Made by a program: the position numbers and the translations under genes | The notes under the pieces: generated by a model | Told to the model about the DNA's origin: nothing | The model's input: only the letters and a program-made list of their open reading frames with translations | Databases searched by the model: none | Assembly: GCA_946410455.1 (NCBI GenBank) | Contig: CAMKAJ010000001.1 | Coordinates: forward strand, 54,336-118,335 | Length of the DNA stretch: 64,000 nt | Reading direction: 5' to 3' | DNA from: an uncultured Bacteroidales bacterium | GTDB lineage: Bacteria > Bacteroidota > Bacteroidia > Bacteroidales > UBA932 | Shown: positions 25,531 to 34,167 of the stretch, piece after piece | Position numbering within the stretch: the first letter of the stretch is position 1 | Layout of the letters: every line of letters begins with the position of its first letter

Positions 25531-27408
25531 TTACAAAAGTTCGCGTACCAGGTAGTGGAGGTACATCTCCAGGTTGGTGTAGCGCTTGTTTTTGTCTAAA
25601 GTAGTTGCGTTGCCGTCTGTGGCGTCGGCCTTGTTGAGTCCGAACTGGGTCTCGAACCAGTCTGGCATTCCGTCGCCGTCGGAATCGGTGGATGCCTTGC
25701 TCAGTTCTTCTTCGGTAGCCGTGTATTCCGGCCATCCGCCTACTTGCGACTGGGAATCTATGATGCCCTTGTTGCCGTAGGTGGTGGTGCCGCCCCGGAC
25801 CTCGCTCACCAGGCGCTCGTCTATGCTGTCGCGCTTGAGGCCGCTTCCCCTTGCTCCGGCTTTTGCAAGTACGGCTGCGTATGCGTCTGCGGCCGATTGC
25901 TCGCGCACGCTGCTGCCGTTGATGCTGATATCGAACGCTCCGGCCGTGCGTACGCTCTCGGGGGCGCTGCCGTTGGGCTGCAGGCCTACGTAATTATCGG
26001 CGTTTACATTATCGCAGAGTGTTTTCTGTTTGTCGTTCAGGCTGGGACTGCTGCTGTCGAAGTAGTTCCCGTCCAGGAAGAAGGAACCCCATACGCCCTT
26101 TGCGTTGTTGTTGCTGCCGTCGTCGGCGTTGGGCGCAAAAATACGGTTCACAAGAGAGTTCTTGGTTGCCGTAGAGGGGCCGGGTTTGTAGTAATTGCGC
26201 ACGAAGTTGAAGCTTCCGCCCTCGCCGGCGTATCCGCCGTTGGTAGGCCCCCAGTTGTAGAAGACGTTGTTTACGAGTTCCGTCTTCTCGTTCTCAGGCT
26301 TGCCGGTGTAGCGGCTGCCGCAGAGGCGCGGGGTGCGGGAAGTGTGGTGTGCAATGAGGTTATGCGAGAATGTGGCTCCGTGGCCTCCCCAGATGCCGCC
26401 GTAACCGTGGTTGCCCTTGGGGTGGAAGGAGGCGTTGAGACTCTCGGCCACAATGCAGTACTGCATGGTAAAGGCGTCGTTGTCGTAGAATGATGCAGCC
26501 TCGTCTATGCACCAGCTGAAGGAGCAATGGTCCAGGATTATGTTCTTCTGGTCGCGCCCCCAGATGCAGTCTTCCATGGGGATGCTGGAGAGGGCCTTCC
26601 ACTGGGCCTCGGTCATCGTTTCTTTGTAGGCCTTTGCGCCCTCGTCGCCCATGCGGAAGCGCACGTAGCGGATGATGACGTTGTCTGCGGAAATCTGTGT
26701 GGACCAACCGCTTATGCAGATGCCGCCGCCGGGGGCGGTCTGTCCGGCTATGGTCACGTCGCCCCTGTTGATGCGGAGGTTAGACTGCAGCTCTATGCGC
26801 CCGGCAACGTCGAACACAATTGTCCTGGGGCCGGTCTGGCCAAGGGCCCAGCGCAGTGTGCCGGAGCCGCTGTCGGCCAGGCTCGTGACGTGATAAACCT
26901 TGCCGCCGCGCCCTCCTGTGGTGAACATTCCGCAGCCTTCGGCTCCGGGGAATGCGCGCACCAGGTTATCCTCTTCTGCCTCGGGCATGAGGAAGTCGGC
27001 GTAGTACTTGCTAAGGTCGGGTTCTTCGCCGCCTCCGCCGGGGTTGGGGTCGGTGCTGCCCAACGTCTCGGCGCTCAGCGGCTCGCTGTAGGCAGATGCC
27101 TTGCCGTCCTTGGTGCTCCGCACCTGGAAGCTGTAGGCCGTCTTGGGCTGCAGCTCTTCTATAAGGATGTGGCGTGCAGAGGTGCTGCCGTTGCGGACCT
27201 CATTTGCCCCTTGCAGCAGCTTCCAGTCGTAGCCGGTAGCGTCGCTCACGCTTGTCCATTGAAAGACCAGCGAGCTTTCGGTGGCATTATTGAGTTTGAG
27301 CCCGGCAGGTACTGCGGGTGCTGAATCTTCTGCGGGCTGCTTGGGGGTGCAGCTCATGCTCAGGCACAAAGCCAGGATGGTGGCAGAAATCATAAATCGG
27401 TAGTTCAT
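25531..27408 (-). CDS. Lipoprotein pectate lyase (PL1) with N-terminal FN3 domain
   Basis: AFPGAEGCGMFTTGGRGG, IAGQTAPG, DHCSFSW, RTPR, DSDGDGMPDWFE; start ATG 27408 overlaps the upstream stop (ATGA). Confidence 0.88.
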   Translation of the reverse strand: MNYRFMISATILALCLSMSCTPKQPAEDSAPAVPAGLKLNNATESSLVFQWTSVSDATGYDWKLLQGANEVRNGSTSARHILIEELQPKTAYSFQVRSTKDGKASAYSEPLSAETLGSTDPNPGGGGEEPDLSKYYADFLMPEAEEDNLVRAFPGAEGCGMFTTGGRGGKVYHVTSLADSGSGTLRWALGQTGPRTIVFDVAGRIELQSNLRINRGDVTIAGQTAPGGGICISGWSTQISADNVIIRYVRFRMGDEGAKAYKETMTEAQWKALSSIPMEDCIWGRDQKNIILDHCSFSWCIDEAASFYDNDAFTMQYCIVAESLNASFHPKGNHGYGGIWGGHGATFSHNLIAHHTSRTPRLCGSRYTGKPENEKTELVNNVFYNWGPTNGGYAGEGGSFNFVRNYYKPGPSTATKNSLVNRIFAPNADDGSNNNAKGVWGSFFLDGNYFDSSSPSLNDKQKTLCDNVNADNYVGLQPNGSAPESVRTAGAFDISINGSSVREQSAADAYAAVLAKAGARGSGLKRDSIDERLVSEVRGGTTTYGNKGIIDSQSQVGGWPEYTATEEELSKASTDSDGDGMPDWFETQFGLNKADATDGNATTLDKNKRYTNLEMYLHYLVRELL

Positions 27409-28652
27409 AATGCTTCGTATTCCAGGGAGGCCCAGATGAGCGGACCTATGCCCTTGGGATCGTTTGCGCGTACGCGTTCGTTTATATAATAGGTATAGTC
27501 GCCGCTGCGATTGGTCTTGCCGCCGAGGCCGGCGACTTCGCAGCATTGGTTGAGGTCGAGCAGTCCGTTGTCGTCGTAACTGACAAAGGTGCTGATGAGT
27601 TTCTCGTAGCTCTGCTTGGCGTAGTCGGCGCAGTCCAGGTAGCCCAGGCGGCAGCCCTTGAGAAGGGCGTAGCTGAACATGGCGCTGCAGGATGCCTCTA
27701 CGTAATTACCCTCGGCGCCGGGGCGGTCAAGCACCTGGTACCACATCCCGGTCTGCGGATCTGCGTACTCGGGTAGGCGCCCGGCGATGGCCTGCAGCGT
27801 CTGGAGCATCTGCTCACGGCCGTCGATGTATTCGGGAATGAAGGGCAGCACGTCCACGAGGGCCATTGCGTACCATCCCAGGGCGCGGCCCCATGCGTGG
27901 GCGCTCTGTCCGGTGGTCTTGTCGCACCAGAACATCTCGTGCGTGGAATCCCATGCGTGGCGGTACAGGCCCGTAGCCGGGTCGTATGTCTTTTCTGCCA
28001 CCAGGTTGAACTGGTGAGCTATATCTGTAAAGTTGGCTTCCATCTGCTGCTTGTCCAGATAGCGTGCCGAGTATTCTGCATAGAAGGGCTGGGCCATGTA
28101 AAGGCCGTCCAGCCACATCTGGCCGGGATAAATCTTCTTGTGCCAGAAGCCTCCTTCTGCCGTGCGGGGCATCTCCTGCAGCTGCTCGTAGAGCTTGTCC
28201 ATGGCGAGGCGGTACTTCTCCTTTCCGGTAATGTCGTAAAGCTTGAACAGCGTACGTCCGGGGCAGATATGGTCTGTGGAATAGTTGCTCTTCTTATATT
28301 TGCCGCCAATAGTCCCGTCCTCCGCGATGATGGCGTCGTACCAGGCGTCAACGTACTGCAAAATATTGCTTGAAGCGGAAACAGAGCGCGGCGTCTGCCG
28401 GTCCGGGCGACTTTGGTCCTTACGAACAGGAGCGAGGGCCGGCTGCGCCGCGCCTGCTTCTGCGTCGAGAAAAGCTAAAAGCTCTAATCCGGTCGTGTAA
28501 TTCCACTTAAGAGTACCATTCAGGCCGTCAATATAACTCGCCTCCGGATTACGCGCCATCTCAGAACGCACCACCTCGGAAGACAGCGGAGCCTTGGCCG
28601 CACACGCGGTCAAGGCAAACACTGCAATTATTATTGTTAAACGGGTTTTCAT
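27405..28652 (-). CDS. GH105 unsaturated (rhamno)galacturonyl hydrolase
   Basis: WNYTTG, GGFWHKKIYPGQMWLDGLYMAQPF, WGRALGW, EASCSAMF. Confidence 0.9.
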   Translation of the reverse strand: MKTRLTIIIAVFALTACAAKAPLSSEVVRSEMARNPEASYIDGLNGTLKWNYTTGLELLAFLDAEAGAAQPALAPVRKDQSRPDRQTPRSVSASSNILQYVDAWYDAIIAEDGTIGGKYKKSNYSTDHICPGRTLFKLYDITGKEKYRLAMDKLYEQLQEMPRTAEGGFWHKKIYPGQMWLDGLYMAQPFYAEYSARYLDKQQMEANFTDIAHQFNLVAEKTYDPATGLYRHAWDSTHEMFWCDKTTGQSAHAWGRALGWYAMALVDVLPFIPEYIDGREQMLQTLQAIAGRLPEYADPQTGMWYQVLDRPGAEGNYVEASCSAMFSYALLKGCRLGYLDCADYAKQSYEKLISTFVSYDDNGLLDLNQCCEVAGLGGKTNRSGDYTYYINERVRANDPKGIGPLIWASLEYEAL

Positions 28653-30373
28653 CTATTATCGTAAGGGTTCCAAATAATACCATCCTGCTCCTGGTACATC
28701 ACCTTCTCGAAGCTGTAGTCCTGCAATTGCCTGGGCTTCAAGCTGTGCGCCCACTTTACGCGAGGACCTCGCGCACCCGGGCCGGTGCAACCGTACTCGG
28801 CATAGTAGCTGTTTTTCTTGGTGTCCGGCTTGCCGGGCTTCTCCCAGTCGTGCCATCCTTCCGGCAAGATGTGGCCGCCAAGCTCGCAATCAATAAACAC
28901 TGTCTTGGCGTAAGCGCCCCATGGCCTTCCCAAGTAGCATTTGTCTATTCCGGGATCGGCGGTGAGGGTGCAATTCTTGAACACATAACCATACTTCTGC
29001 CCCTGCAGGGTAGAAGCGGCCGTTACGTAGCTGTTCTTCTTACTGTGTATCCGGCAGTTCTCAAAGTAAGCTATGCTCGTTCCGAAGATAAAGTCGGTGG
29101 TGCCCTCAATGTAGCAGTCCAGGAAGTAGTTGCGCTTGATGCCCCCGAACTTGCCGTAGCGGCCGTAGGTGTAGAGCGTATCCTGATTGCCAATGAAGCG
29201 GCAGCCCTTGAAGAAGAGGAAGTCGCCGTCGGTAAACACGGCCACAGCCTGTCCTATCTGCTTACCCTCGCCGGCGCTGTTCTCGAAGGTGATATCCTCG
29301 AAGGTAATGTAGCTGGCGTGAATATAGATAGTTGCACTGCCTGATGTGCCCACTGCAAAGTCGCGGCCGGGCCAGTTGCGCTTGGCGTAGTTGTCGTTGG
29401 TGATAATGGTGCTCTCTGCATCCTCGCCCTTGAAGTGCACGCGGAACTTGGTGTGAGGGATACTCACGCACTCCTTGTAAACGCCCTTGCGGATGAGCAC
29501 GGTGCTGATTTCTTTGTGGCTGTAGTTGGGAAGGGCGTCCACGGCCTCCTGCACGGTGGTAAAGTCTCCGTGGCCGTCGGCAGAAACCACAAAATGGTAG
29601 GGAGCGATGAGGCGGACCGCAATTTCGGGGAGCTGCTCGCGTATGCATTCGCAAACCAGTTCCGTGACTTTGCGGGCACCGCAGGCCACTGTGTGGGTGT
29701 TGTCGTCCTTGCCTGTAGAAATCATGAAGTAGGCCTTGGAGGCCTCGTCGCCCAGACTCTCAAGCCAGTCGAGGCTCTTGGTGGTAATGTCCAGCAGGGT
29801 GACTCCTGTTTCTTCTGCAACTGCCTTCATGGCGGCAGGATAGTCGCCGTGACAATTCCGGTCGAGATTTTTAGTCGGAGCACCGTCTGTCCTCCCTCCT
29901 TCTCCTGTCGTTCTGAGCGCCAGCGAAGGATCTGCCTCCTTGAACCAGCGGCGGGCCACAGGGGTAAGAAGCACGGGGGTGCCGCCTTTCTCCTTCACTC
30001 CTTTTATGAAGGTTCGCAGGTTATCTTGATATGCGCCCCAGGCTGCTGCGTAGCGGGTGCTGTCGCTCTGTTTGCTGTCGTTGTGCCCGAATTGTATGAA
30101 CACATAGTCGCCGGGCTGTACGGCTTCCTGTACCTTGGCCCATAAGCCAGAGTCTATGAAACTCTTGGTGCTGCGGCCGTTCTGGGCATAGTTGATTACC
30201 TTCGCTCCGTCAGGATCCAGGAAGTTCTGCAACATCATGCCCCATCCGCGCTCGGCTCCCGCTTTGGGCAGATTCTTCTCCGCCATAGTGCTGTCGCCCA
30301 TCAGGTGGATGGTGAAGGAGCTGGCGAGTAGCCAGGTGGCTGCAATCAGTATTGTAGGAGTTATTCGTTTCAT
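28649..30373 (-). CDS. CE12 pectin acetylesterase (GDSL) fused to CE8 pectin methylesterase
   Basis: GDSTMA, GRSTKSF, QFGHND, DNTH; then DGHGDFTTVQEAV, GVYKE, QAVA, QDTL, DFIFG, LGRPW. Confidence 0.9.
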   Translation of the reverse strand: MKRITPTILIAATWLLASSFTIHLMGDSTMAEKNLPKAGAERGWGMMLQNFLDPDGAKVINYAQNGRSTKSFIDSGLWAKVQEAVQPGDYVFIQFGHNDSKQSDSTRYAAAWGAYQDNLRTFIKGVKEKGGTPVLLTPVARRWFKEADPSLALRTTGEGGRTDGAPTKNLDRNCHGDYPAAMKAVAEETGVTLLDITTKSLDWLESLGDEASKAYFMISTGKDDNTHTVACGARKVTELVCECIREQLPEIAVRLIAPYHFVVSADGHGDFTTVQEAVDALPNYSHKEISTVLIRKGVYKECVSIPHTKFRVHFKGEDAESTIITNDNYAKRNWPGRDFAVGTSGSATIYIHASYITFEDITFENSAGEGKQIGQAVAVFTDGDFLFFKGCRFIGNQDTLYTYGRYGKFGGIKRNYFLDCYIEGTTDFIFGTSIAYFENCRIHSKKNSYVTAASTLQGQKYGYVFKNCTLTADPGIDKCYLGRPWGAYAKTVFIDCELGGHILPEGWHDWEKPGKPDTKKNSYYAEYGCTGPGARGPRVKWAHSLKPRQLQDYSFEKVMYQEQDGIIWNPYDNR

Positions 30374-30388
30374 GGTGTTCTTTTATGG

Positions 30389-30482
30389 GATTTCTCCACT
30401 TCGCTTCGCTTCGGTCGAAATGACCTCATCTGTCATTTCGAACGGAGTCGCCATCTGTCATTTCGAGCGGAGTTGAGAAATC
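30389..30482. repeat. REP-like palindromic element (GTCATTTCGA family)
   Basis: GATTTCTC...TCGAAATGAC (30389-30424) can pair with GTCATTTCGA at 30432 or 30457 and with GAGAAATC (30475-30482). Confidence 0.8.
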
Positions 30483-32140
30483 TCCTTTCCATTAATTATC
30501 AAATTCTTAACACTAATATCCTCGCAATTCTGAACCTCTGCACCCTTCTTGGCGGTAAAGACGCAGTTGCTAAAGCTGATGTCGTGCAGCGGCAGCTCAG
30601 GCAGGCCGTTGATGTAGATGGCCTTCTTTGCACCTGCGCACACCAGGTTGTCAAAATAGAAACTGTGGAACACCGGAGTGGTCTCGTCTATTTCCGGCAC
30701 TGCTCCTACTGTCCCGAAATTAGGGACATTGGAAACGTTTTGAGCCGATTTTGCTTCTATCGTCCCTGAATTTGGGACATTGGAAACACCGGAGCCGTTG
30801 CTGTGGTCGCTGTGGCCGACGTTGGAAACACCGGAGCCGTTGCTGGGGCCGCTGTGGCCGACGTTGGAGACACCGGAGCCGTTGCTGGGACCGCCGTTTA
30901 CTGCACTCCCATCGCCGACTGGGGCTTTCTCGGTGGCGGAAACGCCGGCGTAGTACAGATTGAAGGTAACAGCCTCAGCCACAATGTCTTTCATATAGAT
31001 GTTGCGGCACCAGATATTCTTGACCTCGCCACCACGGCCGCGTGTGCTCTTGAATCTCAGGCCCACGTCGGTCCCTATGAAGCAGCATCCGTCCACCAGA
31101 ATGTTCTCTACTCCGCCGGACATCTCGCTCCCCACCACGAATCCGCCGTGTCCGTGGTAAACGGTGCAGTCTTTGATAATCAGATTCTTGCATGCGCGGG
31201 CGTGGCGGCGGCCGTCGGCGTCCTTCCCGGACTTGATGCAGATGGCGTCGTCGCCTACATCAAAAGAAGAACCGGTGAGCACCACGTTCTCGCAGGCGTC
31301 TATGTCTATTCCGTCGCCATTGGCCGAGTAGTGCGGGTTGCGCACAGTTATATTCTTGACTGTGAGGTTCTTGCAATATAGCGGGTGGATGTTCCAGCAG
31401 GGCGAGTTCTGGAAGGTGCAGCCCTCCAGAAGCACTCTCTCGCATTCGCGCAGGCTCACCAGCACAGGCCGCAGGAAGGTTTTGATTTCTTGCTCGTCCA
31501 GCGACGGGTCGGGGTAGTTGAGGCTGCCGGCAGTGAGGCGGGCCTTGTAGTAGCCCTCATCTGGGTACCATCCTTTGCCGTCCTCGGGAATGTATCCGCC
31601 GCGTGCTTTGATGAGTTTCCACTGGTCGTCGGAAACCTTGCGGCGCTTGACTTCGCGCCATGCGTCTCCGTTACCGTCAATGATACCCTCTCCGGTAATT
31701 GCGATGTCGTGCGCGCCGAGGGCGTTGATGGGGGAGAGGCAGCGGCGTACGTCGAGCCCCTCGAAGTTGGTGTCTATGATGGGGTATAGATCCTGGTCTG
31801 TGCTGAAAAGCAGTACCGCATTCTTCTCAAGGTGCAGCTCAGTATTGCTCTCCAGGGTGATGGGGCCGCTGAACCATATACCTGCGGGCACTGTGAGCCG
31901 GCCGCCGCCCTTGCGCACAAGAGCTTGCATGGCGGCTGCGAAAGCCTCGGTGTTGAGAGTCGTTCCGTCGCCAACTCCGCCAAAGTCCACGATGCTGACG
32001 TTTCTTGCCGGAATGGACGGTGTTACCACGCGGGGCATCTCGAAAGGAATACCGTGCGAAGCGCTGCCGGAGCCTTGTGCGGCGCAGCTGATACTGATGG
32101 CGGCAAAGACCGCCAAGGGTGCCGTGAGAGATAGTTTCAT
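30458..32140 (-). CDS. GH28 polygalacturonase with a repeat-derived insertion
   Basis: NSP, NGDGID, GDDAICIKSG, GHGG, RFKS catalytic motifs. Confidence 0.92.
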   Translation of the reverse strand: MKLSLTAPLAVFAAISISCAAQGSGSASHGIPFEMPRVVTPSIPARNVSIVDFGGVGDGTTLNTEAFAAAMQALVRKGGGRLTVPAGIWFSGPITLESNTELHLEKNAVLLFSTDQDLYPIIDTNFEGLDVRRCLSPINALGAHDIAITGEGIIDGNGDAWREVKRRKVSDDQWKLIKARGGYIPEDGKGWYPDEGYYKARLTAGSLNYPDPSLDEQEIKTFLRPVLVSLRECERVLLEGCTFQNSPCWNIHPLYCKNLTVKNITVRNPHYSANGDGIDIDACENVVLTGSSFDVGDDAICIKSGKDADGRRHARACKNLIIKDCTVYHGHGGFVVGSEMSGGVENILVDGCCFIGTDVGLRFKSTRGRGGEVKNIWCRNIYMKDIVAEAVTFNLYYAGVSATEKAPVGDGSAVNGGPSNGSGVSNVGHSGPSNGSGVSNVGHSDHSNGSGVSNVPNSGTIEAKSAQNVSNVPNFGTVGAVPEIDETTPVFHSFYFDNLVCAGAKKAIYINGLPELPLHDISFSNCVFTAKKGAEVQNCEDISVKNLIINGKEISQLRSK

Positions 32141-32198
32141 TGGTTATTCGTCTAGTGTGCGGGCGGTTTTTGTCTTATTATTATATTACCGACCGCTG

Positions 32199-32280
32199 CA
32201 AAGATACAATAATTTTTTAATTCCGTGCACGGTAACGGAAAAAATTTCGTGCACGGGCACGGAAATTTTTTCTATATTTG
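32199..32280. promoter_or_regulatory. Divergent promoters with two CGTGCACG palindromic operators
   Basis: Minus TATCTTTG (32199-32206); CCGTGCACGG (32223-32232); CGTGCACG (32248-32255); plus TATATTTG (32273-32280). Confidence 0.75.
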
Positions 32281-32294
32281 CAAAAAGCAAGTAT

Positions 32295-33347
32295 ATGGCG
32301 CAATCAGAAAGAGTTACCATTTTGGACATCGCCCAGCGCACGGGACTTTCCAAGGGAACCGTGGACAGGGTGTTGCACAACCGTGGGGAAGTATCCAAGA
32401 AGAGCTACGAGGCGGTGATGAAAGCCATCAAGGAGTTGGGGTACGAGCCCAATGTTTATGCATCCTTGCTTGCCCGTGGCGGGAATCATCTGATTGCTGT
32501 GCTTATGCCTGGGGGTGAGCCTGGGAGTTTCTGGGACCTGGCCGCAAGAGGGATGCAGAATGCGAAAGACAGCGTACTAAGTTCCGGCGTAAAGGTGGAA
32601 CACTTCGAATTCGATCCCACCGATATCATGTCCAACCGCGACGCAGCAGTGCGCATGCTCGATGCGAATCCTTCCGGAGTTATTATGGCGCCAATGTACA
32701 GGGAAGGGACAGAAAGCCTAACCGACATTCTCAGGGAGCGCGGCATCCCCTATGTTTTCATTGATTCCAAGATAGAAGATTCCGGATATCTTGCCTACTT
32801 CGGCATGCCAATGTACCGCAGCGGGTATCTGTGTGCCGACATGCTTACCGGCGGTCTGCCGGTGGCTGAAGTGCTGGTGGTGCGAGTGCAGCGCGACTTG
32901 CTGGGGCAGTCAGACCCCACCGTCAACAGGCGTGCCGGTTTTATGGATTATATGCACGAGCATTGCCCGGACTGCATCATTCACAATCTGCTGGTGAATC
33001 CCGCAGATATGGAGGCAGGAGAGAAGGCCCTGGACGAGTTCTTCCTGGATCATCCCGGAGTGCATCACATTGCCATGTTCAACTCCCGTATCCATCTGAT
33101 AGTGCCCTGGTTAGACAGGCACCCTCAGCGCGGCCGCCGCGTAGTCGGCTTCGACAACCTGGACGCCAATATTCAGGCCCTGAGCCGGGGAATAGTATCC
33201 GCCCTCATCTGTCAGCACCCCGACGAACAACTCGCTCTGGCCATCCAAGCCCTCTCAGAATGCATCGTCCTCGGCAAGCACCCCTCCCGCCGCGACAACT
33301 TCATGCACATGGACATCCTCACGCGTTACAACGTGGAGTACTACTAG
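32295..33347 (+). CDS. LacI family transcriptional regulator (UxaR-like by context)
   Basis: VTILDIAQRTGLSKGTVDRVLHNRGEVS HTH, YEPN hinge, VGFD; real start ATG 32295 (the ORF track extends it upstream spuriously). Confidence 0.9.
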   Translation: MAQSERVTILDIAQRTGLSKGTVDRVLHNRGEVSKKSYEAVMKAIKELGYEPNVYASLLARGGNHLIAVLMPGGEPGSFWDLAARGMQNAKDSVLSSGVKVEHFEFDPTDIMSNRDAAVRMLDANPSGVIMAPMYREGTESLTDILRERGIPYVFIDSKIEDSGYLAYFGMPMYRSGYLCADMLTGGLPVAEVLVVRVQRDLLGQSDPTVNRRAGFMDYMHEHCPDCIIHNLLVNPADMEAGEKALDEFFLDHPGVHHIAMFNSRIHLIVPWLDRHPQRGRRVVGFDNLDANIQALSRGIVSALICQHPDEQLALAIQALSECIVLGKHPSRRDNFMHMDILTRYNVEYY

Positions 33348-33351
33348 GGGG

Positions 33352-34062
33352 CTATTTATCCATAATCAGCCGCACTCCGCCGATGGCCAGCAGGGACTGG
33401 GCTAAGAGGTATGTGCTCATGACTCCGAAGCCGTTCATGAAGGGGCTGATGGTGCCGAAGTTGCGGATGGCGATGAGGCTGTCGGAGAAGGTGAACAGCA
33501 GTCCGCCGCAGAAAATCAGAAGCCATGTGAGGGTGTTGCCGCGCTTTACGGCGTTGTGCCTTACAAGTCCGGCGAATCCGCTGAAAATCAGCAAGAACAG
33601 TACAAAGGCATAGACTCCCATTGGGGCGAGCATCACGCCTTCTACCCCGATTGCGAGGGCAAGAGCGACCGTGCAACATAGCAGGACTGCAATTGCTATC
33701 ACCCATTTAACCAGCGAGAGGCCCTTCCAGGAGAAGCCGCCGAAGAGGCAAATGTAGAATATATGACCTGTAAGGAACAGTCCTATGCCTCCTGCAAAGA
33801 ATACGAAGCCGCTTCCCATGAGCATGGTGTCTCCGGCAAAGCCGAAAAGCTGTCCGCAGACCAGCAGAGCTACGTATTTATCCATCTTGGCTCCCTTCCC
33901 GATTAGGTATGATAGAGTGGTGATGCAGAGCAGGGGCATCAGCGCGGGCTTAACCGTGCGCTCCAGTACATTGGAATCGTAGTTAAGGCATCCTATGAGG
34001 TTAAGAACGCAAACGATAAGGAAGAAGCAGGCCGGTACTAGCCAGAAACAGTTCTTTTTCAT
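33352..34062 (-). CDS. YhhN / lysoplasmalogenase-like membrane protein
   Basis: KPALMP, GDTML, FLTGH, LFTFSDSLIA, STYLLAQ. Confidence 0.8.
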   Translation of the reverse strand: MKKNCFWLVPACFFLIVCVLNLIGCLNYDSNVLERTVKPALMPLLCITTLSYLIGKGAKMDKYVALLVCGQLFGFAGDTMLMGSGFVFFAGGIGLFLTGHIFYICLFGGFSWKGLSLVKWVIAIAVLLCCTVALALAIGVEGVMLAPMGVYAFVLFLLIFSGFAGLVRHNAVKRGNTLTWLLIFCGGLLFTFSDSLIAIRNFGTISPFMNGFGVMSTYLLAQSLLAIGGVRLIMDK

Positions 34063-34095
34063 AATGCAAAGTGGTTAGCAGAATACAAATATAAC

Positions 34096-34132
34096 AAAAA
34101 AAGAATGGCCGGAGCTTGCGCCTCGGCCATTC
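34096..34132 (-). terminator. Rho-independent terminator
   Basis: GAATGGCCG-N12-CGGCCATTC stem (34103-34132) followed by T7 on the minus strand. Confidence 0.75.
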
Positions 34133-34167
34133 AATACCAAAAATATAAAAGACAAGTATGTGTTGTC

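Noticed and set aside
28649-30373. CE12-CE8 fusion as a novelty
   Set aside because: Acetyl/methylesterase fusions are a familiar architecture in Bacteroidetes pectin loci.
31575-32294. 240-aa N-terminal extension of the LacI regulator
   Set aside because: Antisense to GH28 and runs through the promoter region; the HTH starts at ATG 32295.
33347-33352. Convergent LacI and yhhN stops only 4 bp apart with no terminator
   Set aside because: Common in compact genomes; nothing else suggests antisense regulation.
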